Shown here: in pieces, positions 37,290 through 49,481 of the stretch
Layout of the letters: each line of letters starts with the position of its first letter
Position numbering within the stretch: position 1 is the first letter of the stretch
NCBI GenBank assembly: GCA_036338595.1
Contig: JAYZBV010000037.1
Span: forward strand, 71,550 to 135,549
DNA length: 64,000 nt
Reading direction: 5' to 3'
Source: Planctomycetota bacterium
GTDB taxonomy: Bacteria > Planctomycetota > UBA8108 > UBA1146
The notes under the pieces: model-generated
Database searches by the model: none
What the model saw: the letters and a program-made list of their open reading frames with translations, nothing else
What the model was told of the DNA's origin: nothing
Program-made: the position numbers and the translations under genes

Positions 37290-38129
37290 ATGAATCGCAT
37301 CATCGAGGAAGGCGCAGCCCTGAAGCAACGCATTGAAAACGCCGCAGGGGCGATTTCGAGCTGGCATCACGGCGCTCCTCCTGAAACCGCACTGATCCTG
37401 GGAACAGGACTCGGAGCCGTGGTGAATGAGATCTCTGACGCTGTGACCCTCCCCTACGGGGAGATCCCCGGCTTTCCGGTTTCCACCGCTCCGGGACATG
37501 AGGGGCAGTTGCACATCGGGCTACTCGGAGCGACTCGCGTGATCGCATTCGAGGGACGATTCCACCTCTACGAGGGCTGGACGATGGATGATATCGGGCT
37601 ACCGATGAGAGTCGCTTGCCGACTGGGAATCTCATCCGCCATCATCACCAATGCCTGCGGCGGCATGAATCAGGAGTTGCAGAAGGGCGACCTGCTGATC
37701 CTCGATGATCACATCAACCTGCTCGGAGCAAACCCCCTGACCGGTGCCAATGTGGATGAATGGGGACCTCGATTTCCGGATATGTCCGTGCCGTACTGCC
37801 TCGAATCCGCAACCAGGCTGAAACAAATCGCCGACGAGCAGCAGATCCGGGCCAGCAGGGGAGTGTATGTCGCGGTGCCCGGGCCAAATCTCGAAACCAG
37901 GGCTGAATACCGGATGCTGCGCGCTCTGGGGGCTGATGTTGTCGGGATGTCCACCATTCCCGAGGTGATCATCTGCTCCCACGAGGGGATTAGAGCCTCG
38001 GCTATTTCGGTCGTCACGGACCTTTGCGACCCGGAAGACTTGAAGAAAGTGTCCGTCGAGGAGATCCTTGCAGTAGCAGCAGATGCAGAACCGAGACTGA
38101 CCCGGATAATTGTGGAATTTTTGAAATGA
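37290..38129 (+). CDS. punA: Purine-nucleoside phosphorylase (trimeric type)
   Basis: ILGTGLG, GRFHLYEG, GPNLETRAE, VGMST. Confidence 0.92.
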   Translation: MNRIIEEGAALKQRIENAAGAISSWHHGAPPETALILGTGLGAVVNEISDAVTLPYGEIPGFPVSTAPGHEGQLHIGLLGATRVIAFEGRFHLYEGWTMDDIGLPMRVACRLGISSAIITNACGGMNQELQKGDLLILDDHINLLGANPLTGANVDEWGPRFPDMSVPYCLESATRLKQIADEQQIRASRGVYVAVPGPNLETRAEYRMLRALGADVVGMSTIPEVIICSHEGIRASAISVVTDLCDPEDLKKVSVEEILAVAADAEPRLTRIIVEFLK

Positions 38130-38169
38130 TGGAACCTGGCTCAGTGAGCCCGGGAAGGAACCAAACCGG

Positions 38170-38790
38170 ATGACTGAATATGACAACTCGATCGATGCAT
38201 TCATGAACGAGGACAAGCAAGCAGATGACGAGCAGCCGAAAAAGGCCAAGACTCCCTTCATGCGTGAGTTGATGGAAAAGCAGAGAACGCTCTTCATCTC
38301 TGAAGAGGTCTCTCCAAAATTGACGAGCAAAATTGTCCCTGCCCTGATGTGGCTCGACTCGAAATCGGACGACCCGATTCGACTCTTCATCAACACGCCC
38401 GGAGGAAGCGCAGATGATGGCTTTGCGATTCACGACGCCATCCGCTTCGTGCGCAGCCCGGTTCTGTGTATCACGAACGGGTTGAACGCATCTGCAGGCA
38501 CCGTGATCTTGCTGTCGACTCCCAAGGAGCGTCGCTTCTCCTTGCCCAACAGTCGCATCATGATCCACCAGCCTTCCAGCGGAGTACGCGGAAAGGCCTC
38601 CGAGATCGAGGTCACTGCCGAGGAGATCATGAAATTACGCCGTCGCTGTAATCAACTGATCGCCGACGAGACTGGAAAGCCTCTGGAGCAGGTCGAGAAG
38701 GATACCAATGGGGACTGCTGGATGTCTCCGGTGGAAGCGCTCGAGTACGGCCTGATCGGCAAGATCCTGACCAGCCTCAACGATCTGTAG
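38170..38790 (+). CDS. clpP: ATP-dependent Clp protease proteolytic subunit
   Basis: INTPGG, ASAG (catalytic Ser), IMIHQP (His), GDCWM (Asp), EALEYGL. Confidence 0.93.
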   Translation: MTEYDNSIDAFMNEDKQADDEQPKKAKTPFMRELMEKQRTLFISEEVSPKLTSKIVPALMWLDSKSDDPIRLFINTPGGSADDGFAIHDAIRFVRSPVLCITNGLNASAGTVILLSTPKERRFSLPNSRIMIHQPSSGVRGKASEIEVTAEEIMKLRRRCNQLIADETGKPLEQVEKDTNGDCWMSPVEALEYGLIGKILTSLNDL

Positions 38791-38829
38791 CGATCCGTTG
38801 CAGCGGGTCAGTGACGATCTGAGAGTTCG

Positions 38830-39426
38830 ATGAACGCCGCCAGAGCGGGGATCGGTTTTCTCCTGTCTGGTGGCGGGCGAAGTCTCGAGAATCTGCACGA
38901 TGTGATCGAGCAGCGATCGATCCCTGCCAGCATCGAACTGGTGATCTCGAGCCGCTCCAGCGCTGGCGGGATCGAGCGAGCGCAGCGCCTGGGGATTCCT
39001 CACCAGATCCATCCTTGCCGCAAACCTGGCGCCTCGATTCGGATCTTCGAGGCGCTGGATGCTGCCGGCTGCCAGTATGCTTTACTCGGAGGCTGGCTTC
39101 GCAAGCTGGAGATCCCTCGGGAATGGTTGGGCAGGGTCCTCAACATCCACCCTTCCTTGCTTCCCCTCCATGGTGGCGCGGGTTGTTACGGAGATCATGT
39201 CCATCGCAAGGTGCTGGAGTCAGAGCAGCAAACCAGTGGCTGTACCGTCCACTTCGTCGATGACGAATTCGACCACGGGCCCAAGATTCTGCAACTTCAG
39301 GTACCTGTATTGGTGGGTGATACGGTGGAGGAACTGGCGAACAGAGTCTTCGATGCGGAGAAGATCGCCTACCCTCGGGCTCTGGAAATGTTACTCGGCG
39401 GAGAGGTGAACTTCGAGCGCTGCTAA
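38830..39426 (+). CDS. purN: Phosphoribosylglycinamide formyltransferase
   Basis: LLSGGGRSL, NIHPSLLP, GCTVHFVDDEFDHGP. Confidence 0.93.
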   Translation: MNAARAGIGFLLSGGGRSLENLHDVIEQRSIPASIELVISSRSSAGGIERAQRLGIPHQIHPCRKPGASIRIFEALDAAGCQYALLGGWLRKLEIPREWLGRVLNIHPSLLPLHGGAGCYGDHVHRKVLESEQQTSGCTVHFVDDEFDHGPKILQLQVPVLVGDTVEELANRVFDAEKIAYPRALEMLLGGEVNFERC

Positions 39427-40646
39427 CCGATCCGGATGCGGCGGAATTTTCGTTTGCCCACCTGGAGCACCATCCCCTCTCGCACCTCCACCTGGCTTTC
39501 GTGATCTTCCATGCGCTGCTCGTCTATTCTCACCCCACCGCCCTCGATGTTGCGGCGTGCCTCGTTGTTCTTCTGTGCGAGGCCCGCATCGACGATCAAT
39601 TTGACGAGCCAGATCTTACCGTCGTCAAGATCGGTGGCAGCGACCGTGTATTCCTCGATCACTTCTGGCATCTCTCGCTGGCTGAAGACTCGTAGAAAAT
39701 GGGCTTCAGCGGCCAGAGCCTGCTCCTCGTCGTGGTAGAGCCTCACCAGCGTGCGGGCGAGGTTCCCCTTGGCCTCCCTGGGGGAGCCTGAGAGATTCTC
39801 CTCGATTTCGCCGAGCGATAGATCGCTGGCAAGCGTGAAGTACTCCTCCATCTGAGCATCGGGGAGTGACATCGTCTTGCCATACATCTCTTCAGGTGGA
39901 TCGCTGATACCGATGGAATTGCCATGAGTCTTTGACATCTTCATCGAGCCATCGGTTCCCACCAGTAACGGTGTCGTCATACACACCTGAGGATCCAACC
40001 CCTCCTGGCGCATCAGATCTCTGCCCAGCAACAGGTTGAAGGTTTGATCGGTGCCGCCAACTTCGATATCTGCTTTCACCTGCACAGAATCCCACGCCTG
40101 CATCAGCGGGTAGATGAACTCGTGGAGGCTGATCGGCTTTCCTCCAGAATATCGCTTCTGGAAATCATCTCGCTCAAGTTGTCGTGCCACTGTGGTGCGT
40201 CCGCATAGAGCAATCACATCCAGAAAGGACATCTCCCTGAACCAGTCTCCATTCCAACGCAGTTCCGTACGTTCCTGGTCCAGTATCCGCCACGCCTGTT
40301 CCAGGTAGTCCTGGGCGTTCTCTCGACATTCATCGTGGGTGAGCGTGGGACGTGTCTTGTCCTTGCCGGACGGATCTCCAACACAGGCTGTGTAATCTCC
40401 GATGATCAATACAGCGATGTGGCCGGCGTCCTGAAATTGTCTCAACTTTCTCAGCGGTACCGCATGACCGAGGTGTAACTGAGGGTTGGTCGGATCGACT
40501 CCCAGTTTGACTCGCAAGGGGTCGCCAGTCTTGAGTGAACTCTGCCACTTTCTGTGCAACTCCTCGGTCGTATCGATGCTGATCACGCCTCGCGTGACCT
40601 CTTCGAGTGAGGAATCGGACGAAATCTGGTTTTCATCGGACATCAT
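39423..40646 (-). CDS. tyrS: Tyrosyl-tRNA synthetase with C-terminal S4 domain
   Basis: KLGVDPT, HLGH, YPLMQAWD, GGTDQTFN, KMSKT, QVGKRKF. Confidence 0.97.
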   Translation of the reverse strand: MMSDENQISSDSSLEEVTRGVISIDTTEELHRKWQSSLKTGDPLRVKLGVDPTNPQLHLGHAVPLRKLRQFQDAGHIAVLIIGDYTACVGDPSGKDKTRPTLTHDECRENAQDYLEQAWRILDQERTELRWNGDWFREMSFLDVIALCGRTTVARQLERDDFQKRYSGGKPISLHEFIYPLMQAWDSVQVKADIEVGGTDQTFNLLLGRDLMRQEGLDPQVCMTTPLLVGTDGSMKMSKTHGNSIGISDPPEEMYGKTMSLPDAQMEEYFTLASDLSLGEIEENLSGSPREAKGNLARTLVRLYHDEEQALAAEAHFLRVFSQREMPEVIEEYTVAATDLDDGKIWLVKLIVDAGLAQKNNEARRNIEGGGVRIDEQRMEDHESQVEVREGMVLQVGKRKFRRIRIG

Positions 40647-40659
40647 GTTCTCCCCGCAC

Positions 40660-41754
40660 TCAGTCCTTGCCTGCGTCTGCTTCACGCCTGACCTGACGAG
40701 TAACTCCCCAGATCTTCCATGCTCTCGCAGATCGTTCACGGATCAACCCCGTCACCCGCTCCAGCGTCATGACGATCTGGGCATCCAGAATAGCATTGTG
40801 GGAACCCAGGAAGCCCAGCAACTCATCGACCATGGGATGCGAAGGAGTGGCCAAAACGCCCCTTTTCAGCCGATCTGCAAGCCACAGGTAGCGGCAGATG
40901 GCAAATCTGGTGAGATCCCCCTCGAGGAGTGCTCTCTTCATCTCGGTGGCAGGATCGCGTACGGCCTGATCGTATCCCTTCGGCACCTCCAGGCCAGTTT
41001 CTTCGATCCACGGAACGCCACGAGTGAAATCGCCATCGGCAGTCACGATACGAACAGGCATGGTGACCCCGGTCACTGCCCACTGCTGCAGAACCGGCAT
41101 CCGGGACGGTACCGCCAGAGGCAAGGTGACCGGAATCGCGCGGCTAGCGCCCGCTTCGACACTGAATCCGCTCTCGATCCGTAACACCCTGACATCCGAT
41201 GTCGATCGCTCGGTTCCATCTTCGAACACTTCCTTGACCGCCCAGAAAAGTTGCCCGATCACTGGATCCCGACCCAGCGCACCAAACACGATCTTTTGCT
41301 GTGATAGGTTTTCCAGCACGACTGATCCTTGAAGCAATGCGAGGGGGAATGGTAATGGTTCATCCTCCTGATCCTGTTCGAAGCGAACCACAAGAGCGCT
41401 TCGACTGAGGAATCTTCCATGGGCTCGGCGCCGCAACTTGGAGACCTCGAAACGCGACCCGAAGGTGTCGGGAGCCAGCACCAGGATCGCCTCACAGATG
41501 CGCCACGACTTTTCGTAGTTTCCTTCTGCGAAGGCCGTGGCTGCTTCCTGGAAGCGTACCTTCAGAAATTGGTTGACGACTTCGTCGCTGGGGGGCGTCT
41601 GTCTCGATTCCGTTACCGGAGAAGCAGCGGCCACTGCGGCCGATGGACCCGTGGCGCGCGGAACCAGATCCCCGTCACCAGCAGTGGCATACACTGCAAT
41701 GATGACGAGGATCCAGATCCGCAAGGCTCCCGCAGTGAGCTTCGAGGCAGTCAT
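40660..41754 (-). CDS. Exported hypothetical protein
   Basis: ATG 41754 gives a signal/TM segment (ALRIWILVIIAVYATA). The upstream part of the called ORF is an alternate frame of the rpsA repeats. Confidence 0.65.
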   Translation of the reverse strand: MTASKLTAGALRIWILVIIAVYATAGDGDLVPRATGPSAAVAAASPVTESRQTPPSDEVVNQFLKVRFQEAATAFAEGNYEKSWRICEAILVLAPDTFGSRFEVSKLRRRAHGRFLSRSALVVRFEQDQEDEPLPFPLALLQGSVVLENLSQQKIVFGALGRDPVIGQLFWAVKEVFEDGTERSTSDVRVLRIESGFSVEAGASRAIPVTLPLAVPSRMPVLQQWAVTGVTMPVRIVTADGDFTRGVPWIEETGLEVPKGYDQAVRDPATEMKRALLEGDLTRFAICRYLWLADRLKRGVLATPSHPMVDELLGFLGSHNAILDAQIVMTLERVTGLIRERSARAWKIWGVTRQVRREADAGKD

Positions 41755-41782
41755 TCGAAATCCGATGTCTTCTCCCGAGAAT

Positions 41783-44083
<2,301 letters not shown>

Positions 44084-44123
44084 GAAAAGGCCTCTTGTTT
44101 CTGGTTACGGACTGCGCGCAGCC

Positions 44124-44200
44124 CGGGCATGACCATCATGCCCGTCACCGGCTTGTCGACGCTCGTCCTGGTCTGCCTGTCGTCGGGGTGACCATCACCC
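44124..44200 (-). promoter_or_regulatory. Twin hairpins in the rpsA leader
   Basis: cgggcatga-cca-tcatgcccg (44124-44144) and gggtga-cca-tcaccc (44186-44200) share the same core. Confidence 0.5.
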
Positions 44201-44225
44201 GCTCATCTTCTGCTGTTTCCGTCCA

Positions 44226-44861
44226 TCACACTTCTGCGATGACCGAGTTGCCCGGTTCCTCGGGAACGAGGCTCTCCATCGCATCTCTGAGGCGTGCCAA
44301 CGCCTCCTTCTCGTCCTGCCCGTCGATGAAATCGATGGCATCTCCAAAACGAATCTCGACTCGAACCGGCCTGGGAAACCAATGTCCCCTTCCGAGGGCT
44401 CGGTCAGATCCGATGACCATCGCCGGCACCACCGGCACACGGGCCATACGAGCCAGTTTCAACACTCCACCCTTGAGCCTTCCCAGTCGACCATCGCGAC
44501 TGCGAGTTCCCTCCGGGAAGACCAGCACTCCACCACCCTTCGCCAGGTGATCGAGTACCGAACGGAATCCGGAGATTCCAACACCCTCCCTCTCGAGCGG
44601 AAGAGCATTCAACCCCCTCAGCGCCATCGCGATGGGAGCGGGTCGAAATAGCGTACTTCTGGCCATGAAGGCCAGCGGTCTCCGCAACGAGATCCCTGCC
44701 AGGACAGGATCCAGGAAGCTGCAATGGTTCACCGCCAGCAGGAAGGCCCCATCCGATGGGATCTTCTCAACACCGTGACTCCTGTGCCGGAACAAGATCC
44801 GACAACAAAGCCAAGCCACGGCGCGATTCAGGAAGTAGAACCAGTTGGCCCCCGGTTCCAA
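44226..44861 (-). CDS. plsC: 1-acyl-sn-glycerol-3-phosphate acyltransferase
   Basis: NHCSFLD (HxxxxD), FPEGTRS. Confidence 0.9.
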   Translation of the reverse strand: MEPGANWFYFLNRAVAWLCCRILFRHRSHGVEKIPSDGAFLLAVNHCSFLDPVLAGISLRRPLAFMARSTLFRPAPIAMALRGLNALPLEREGVGISGFRSVLDHLAKGGGVLVFPEGTRSRDGRLGRLKGGVLKLARMARVPVVPAMVIGSDRALGRGHWFPRPVRVEIRFGDAIDFIDGQDEKEALARLRDAMESLVPEEPGNSVIAEV

Positions 44862-45526
44862 GCCGCCGGGATCCTCTCCATGATCGCCGATAGCACCTGC
44901 CCGATGTCGAGCATGGTCGTATCGATCGTCATTGCATCGGATGCTGCCACCAATGGCGAAACATCCCGTTTTTCATCCAGGGCGTCACGAAGCGCTACCT
45001 GCTCCTGGACTTCTTCCAGCGGCAGATCCTCTGCGAGACGATCGCGCAGTTCCGCCTGTCTCCTTCTGGCCCGCTCCTCTATGGATGCGGTCAAGAAGAT
45101 CTTCACCGGGGCATCCGGGAACACCACGGTACCCATATCCCTACCCTCAGCCACCACCGGAAGATCCGCTGGCAGCCCGCGTTGCATCGGCAACACGGCT
45201 CTTCTCACGGCCGCATCGTTGGAGATGTGGTGGATTTCACCGGTCACCCGGGTCGAGTCCAGTACATCCCCTGGATCGAACCCGCCCACCTCGACCCGAA
45301 ACAATCCGGCGTCGGCGACGATCTCCAGTCGATGTTCATCGATCAGTGCCAGTACCGCTTCCCCGTCGGGAAGTGCCACGCCTTGCTCGAGAGCGAGCCA
45401 GGTCAATGTCCGGTACACCCGCCCACTGGAGAACATACGTCCTCCGATGCGGGCAGAGAGCCGCCGTGCGACACTGCTCTTACCGCATCCGGCGGGACCA
45501 TCCAGGGTCGCGATCTGAAGATCCAA
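44828..45526 (-). CDS. cmk: Cytidylate kinase
   Basis: DGPAGCGKS, EGRDMGTVVFP, RDALD; canonical cmk-plsC-rpsA order. Confidence 0.94.
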   Translation of the reverse strand: MDLQIATLDGPAGCGKSSVARRLSARIGGRMFSSGRVYRTLTWLALEQGVALPDGEAVLALIDEHRLEIVADAGLFRVEVGGFDPGDVLDSTRVTGEIHHISNDAAVRRAVLPMQRGLPADLPVVAEGRDMGTVVFPDAPVKIFLTASIEERARRRQAELRDRLAEDLPLEEVQEQVALRDALDEKRDVSPLVAASDAMTIDTTMLDIGQVLSAIMERIPAAWNRGPTGSTS

Positions 45527-45607
45527 GCGATCCTCCCGGGTCTAACCTGCGGCAACGATTTCCCCGAACCCCCTATCGGGCCTCGGTGATGATCGTGCGA
45601 GTCCAAT

Positions 45608-45636
45608 AAACTACGGATCCAGGGGGAGTTGCGCAA
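45608..45636 (-). promoter_or_regulatory. Candidate sigma70 promoter for cmk-plsC-rpsA
   Basis: TTGCGC-N17-TAGTTT about 80 bp upstream of cmk. Confidence 0.4.
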
Positions 45637-45768
45637 GTTCATCGGGCCATTCCGGCCATTCCATCGGAGCCAGAACGTGCCCATCGAACCATTTCTGGCT
45701 CATCCGAGTCTCTGGAGGACTGACACGGCATGCTGGCCAGGTCAGGGCGGTCGAAAGCCGGCCGCTGG

Positions 45769-46599
45769 TTAGCCGACCAATCGTTCCAGATGTGCGGGCC
45801 CATCGCCCCCATAACCACGAAGATCGAGGAATCTATCGGTGAATCCCAGCGTCCTCGCCAGCGCATCGAGTCGATTCCTCCAGCGGTCGTCACGACAATT
45901 TTCAAGTTGTTCTCGATCGATCTCGACCACGACCCTGTGCTCGTTGCAGCGAGCCCTGTAGATGGAAAATCCCTCACCGGAGAGCAGCGCCTCCAGCGCC
46001 TCGATCTTGCCCAGAAGGTCACCGCTCACCTCGGTTCCCACAGGAACTCTACTGGCGAGGCAGGGGCGAGCGGGACGGTTCCAGCTGGGGAGCCCCCTGC
46101 GATGAGCGATTTCTCGAACATGATTCTTATCGATGCCAAAGAGCCTCAAGGGACTCTTCACACCACGCTCACCCGAGGCGGTCATGCCTGGCCGATCGGT
46201 CGAGTCGTCGGAAGCCTGTGCCCCATCGACGATGGTATGGCCCGCAAGTTCTTCAACGGAAAGAATCACATCGTAAAGTTCAGACTTGCAGTGATAACAA
46301 CGATCACCAGAGTTGGCGCGGTAATCCGGGCTAGACAATTCATCTGTTTCAACTTCAAGATGTCGAATGCCGGTGATGCTGGCTGATTGCCGTGCGGCAT
46401 CGAGTTCCTGCGTTGATAAACTCGGAGAGATCCCGGTGACTGCCACAGCATCGGACCCCAGGTGTTCAACAGCCAGGGATGCCATCACCGCAGAATCGAC
46501 CCCACCCGAGAGAGCGACAACTACCGGCCGATTCTCGATGAGCCATGCAGATAGCCGCAGCATCGCTTGACCATCGGGGAGTGTGTTCCCCGAAGACAT
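45769..46599 (-). CDS. larE: LarE family ATP-dependent sulfur transferase (TIGR00268-like)
   Basis: ALSGGVDS, RCYHCK, DRPGM, PCLASRVP, DLRGY; start uncertain (46599 or 46563). Confidence 0.88.
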   Translation of the reverse strand: MSSGNTLPDGQAMLRLSAWLIENRPVVVALSGGVDSAVMASLAVEHLGSDAVAVTGISPSLSTQELDAARQSASITGIRHLEVETDELSSPDYRANSGDRCYHCKSELYDVILSVEELAGHTIVDGAQASDDSTDRPGMTASGERGVKSPLRLFGIDKNHVREIAHRRGLPSWNRPARPCLASRVPVGTEVSGDLLGKIEALEALLSGEGFSIYRARCNEHRVVVEIDREQLENCRDDRWRNRLDALARTLGFTDRFLDLRGYGGDGPAHLERLVG

Positions 46600-46648
46600 C
46601 GCATCGGAGGAGGCTCTGTTTTGAGCCTCCTCCGACCGATCACCGCGA

Positions 46649-48061
46649 CTAGATGTCGTAGTACAGTGCGAACTCATAAGGGTGCGGACGCAGTCTCAAC
46701 TGATCCACTTCCCTTTCACGTTTGTATTCGACCCATGCACGGATGGTGTCGGCTGTGAAAACATCACCTGCAAGCAAGAACTCGTGATCCTTTTCCAGTT
46801 CGACGAGAGCTTCCTCGAGAGTCGCTGGAGTACTCCTCACATCGGCCAGTTGTTCCGCAGGAAGATCATAGAGGTCCTTGTCGAAGGGAAGCCCAGGATC
46901 GGTCTTGCTGTTGATCCCATCGAGCGCCGCCATCACCAGTGCCGAGAAGGCCAGGTATGGATTGCACGAAGGATCGGGGCAACGGAACTCGAATCGGCGG
47001 GCAGCATCGCTGGTCGCTCCGACCGGGATTCGCACCGCTGCAGAACGATTTCTCGATGAGTATGCAAGCCGTGTCGGCGCCTCGAAGCCTGGCACCAGGC
47101 GTTTGTATGAGTTGGTGGTCGGGTTGGTCAGTGCTACGAGTGCAGGCGCGTGCTGAAGGATCCCTCCGATGGCGTGGAGCGCGGTCTCGCTCATCCCTGC
47201 GTATCCGTCACCGGCAAACTGGTTGACGCCGTCTTTCCAGATGGAGAGGTGCATGTGCATGCCGCTGCCATTGTCATTCCAGACCGGCTTGGGCATGAAT
47301 GTGACCGTCTTGCCATGCTGGTGAGCCGTGTTCTTGACGATGTACTTGTAACTCATCAAACCGTCTGCTGCGGCCAGCAAGGTGTTGTACTTGATGTCAA
47401 TCTCGGCTTGACCGGCAGTGGCCACCTCGTGGTGCTGGCACTCGATTTCGAGACCGCAGTTGATGAGATTCTTCATCATCTCATTACGAAGATCATTGAA
47501 CTTATCGGTCGGAGGGACGGGGAAATAACCCTCCTTGTAACGCGGTTTGTATCCGAGATTCGGGCCTTCATCGGATCCTGTGTTCCAGCGTCCCTCGACA
47601 CTATCGAGGAAATAGAAACCCGAGTGCTCATTCTGGTCGAAGCGGATGTCATCAAAGATGAAGAACTCCGCCTCGGGACCGATGAATGCTTGATCCCCGA
47701 TACCGGTAGTTCGAAGGTAAGCCTCGGCTTTCTTTGCAATGTTTCTTGGATCCCTCGAATAAGATTCGTGGGTCACGGGATCCTTGATGTCGCAGATCAG
47801 CACCAGGGTTTTCATCTTTGGAAATGGGTCGATCCATGCGGTAGAAGGATCGGGAACGACGAGCATGTCGCTCTCCTGGATCCCTTTCCAGCCACGCATG
47901 CTGGAACCATCGAATCCGAGGCCATCCCTGAAGGTGCCCTCATCCAGGCCGCTGGCTGGAATCGTGAAATGCTGCCACAACCCAGGAAAATCCATGAAGC
48001 GGAAGTCGATGGCCTCCACCCCCTTGTTCTTGACAAGTTCTAGGACCTCATTGACGGTCAC
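46649..48061 (-). CDS. glnA: Glutamine synthetase type I
   Basis: [33 protein letters not shown], adenylylation-site DLYDL; GTG start with GGAG RBS. Confidence 0.98.
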   Translation of the reverse strand: MTVNEVLELVKNKGVEAIDFRFMDFPGLWQHFTIPASGLDEGTFRDGLGFDGSSMRGWKGIQESDMLVVPDPSTAWIDPFPKMKTLVLICDIKDPVTHESYSRDPRNIAKKAEAYLRTTGIGDQAFIGPEAEFFIFDDIRFDQNEHSGFYFLDSVEGRWNTGSDEGPNLGYKPRYKEGYFPVPPTDKFNDLRNEMMKNLINCGLEIECQHHEVATAGQAEIDIKYNTLLAAADGLMSYKYIVKNTAHQHGKTVTFMPKPVWNDNGSGMHMHLSIWKDGVNQFAGDGYAGMSETALHAIGGILQHAPALVALTNPTTNSYKRLVPGFEAPTRLAYSSRNRSAAVRIPVGATSDAARRFEFRCPDPSCNPYLAFSALVMAALDGINSKTDPGLPFDKDLYDLPAEQLADVRSTPATLEEALVELEKDHEFLLAGDVFTADTIRAWVEYKREREVDQLRLRPHPYEFALYYDI

Positions 48062-48182
48062 TTCCACTCCCTTCACCGGAACATCTCAGCACCGGCACTA
48101 CTTATCTTCAAAAAATAACTCGGATCCATTCTCCTGCTCAACCAGGAACTTCCGACCTTCTCCCACCGACACTTCGCAAGTT

Positions 48183-48485
48183 TCAAATCGCTTCGGGCCC
48201 CTGTTCCCCCGTTCTGGTTCTCACCGCATCCAACAAATGTCCGACATGGGTCGCGACATCGATCCCCTCCGATTTCATCGTTTCGAGCACCTGCATCGCA
48301 GGTCGCAAGAACTCCTCGTTCAAGGCAACTTCAACTCTCAATGCGTGATCCACGGAGGCGGTAGCAGAATCGGGGCTCATCAGTTCCACTTCCGCCACAG
48401 TGAAGCGCACGATTCCCACCTTCGAGAATCTCTCGGTCAAGAGGTCCAGCGCATCCGGCGGGATGATCGAAACAACCCAGTACAC
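48183..48485 (-). CDS. PII-family protein, non-canonical (T-loop and B-loop degenerate)
   Basis: Directly upstream of glnA; SIIPP..LD...VGI..TV.EV N-terminus and RTRTGEQGPEAI C-terminus match GlnB/GlnK; strong RBS. Confidence 0.8.
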   Translation of the reverse strand: MYWVVSIIPPDALDLLTERFSKVGIVRFTVAEVELMSPDSATASVDHALRVEVALNEEFLRPAMQVLETMKSEGIDVATHVGHLLDAVRTRTGEQGPEAI

Positions 48486-48500
48486 GAGGCGCTCCTCCCT

Positions 48501-49481
48501 CTACTCTTCTTCTGGCTGTCTCAAGAGAAGATGCTCGATCCCCTCTTCCACCGGAAGTTGCTCATGAACAATTCGATATACTGTCTCCGCAATCGGCATC
48601 TCGACCTGGCTCTCACGGCGAAGTTGATCGACCACCTTCGACGTGGGAACCCCTTCCGCCACCTGCACCATCGAATCGAGAACAGCACTGACCTTGTCGC
48701 CTGCGCCAATCTTGCATCCAACTGCTCGATTACGAGAATGCCCACTGCAGCAAGTGACAATCAAATCACCGAGGCCAGAAAGGCCTGCGAAGGTCTCGCG
48801 TTGCCCACCTCGGGCAGTACCCAGCCGCGAAATCTCAGCGGTGCCTCGTGTCACCAGCGCTGCAACGGTGTTGTCACCGAATCCCTGGCCGATTGCAATG
48901 CCACACCCCAAAGCAACGACATTCTTCAGGGCTCCGGCCCACTCGACACCGACCCGATCGTCACTTCGGTAAATCCTGAACCTGGGAGTTTTCAATAGCT
49001 GCTGGATGAGTCTTCCTCGATCTGGATCGGAGTCAGCAAGAACCACTGCGGTGGGAAGGTCGATGACGACCTCCTCTGCATGTGACGGCCCAGAAAGTAC
49101 GGCCGGCGCTACTGTTACGCCACATGAGATGAGCACCTCCGAGGGCAGCATGTGGGTCTCCAGTTCGAGTCCCTTGGAGGTAGACACCCACACGGCATCC
49201 CGGGGAAGATCCGCACCAGGCCCCTCCATGTAAGTCCGGATGTTCTGCGTCGGCACGGCATTGATGACCACATCCGCCTCCGGGGCAGGTCCGCTGCCAG
49301 CCAGCGAAACCTTGAATCCGCTGCCCAGGCAGCCGGCAGGCAACATATCGTGTTCTCCCCGAACCAACTGATCCGCGCGTTCCTGACGCCGGCAGTGGAT
49401 GGTCACATCTGCGCCGGCCTTGCGTGCGACATGGGCCAGGGCTGTGCCCCAACTTCCGGATCCTGCCACCAGAACTTTCAT
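48501..49481 (-). CDS. gpsA: NAD(P)H-dependent glycerol-3-phosphate dehydrogenase
   Basis: GSGSWGTALA, SGPSHAEE, ALKNVVA, GLGDLIVTC, SRNR. Confidence 0.96.
   Translation of the reverse strand: MKVLVAGSGSWGTALAHVARKAGADVTIHCRRQERADQLVRGEHDMLPAGCLGSGFKVSLAGSGPAPEADVVINAVPTQNIRTYMEGPGADLPRDAVWVSTSKGLELETHMLPSEVLISCGVTVAPAVLSGPSHAEEVVIDLPTAVVLADSDPDRGRLIQQLLKTPRFRIYRSDDRVGVEWAGALKNVVALGCGIAIGQGFGDNTVAALVTRGTAEISRLGTARGGQRETFAGLSGLGDLIVTCCSGHSRNRAVGCKIGAGDKVSAVLDSMVQVAEGVPTSKVVDQLRRESQVEMPIAETVYRIVHEQLPVEEGIEHLLLRQPEEE

Noticed and set aside
39423..39426. Overlapping stop codons of convergent purN and tyrS
   Set aside because: Common in compact genomes; no further signal
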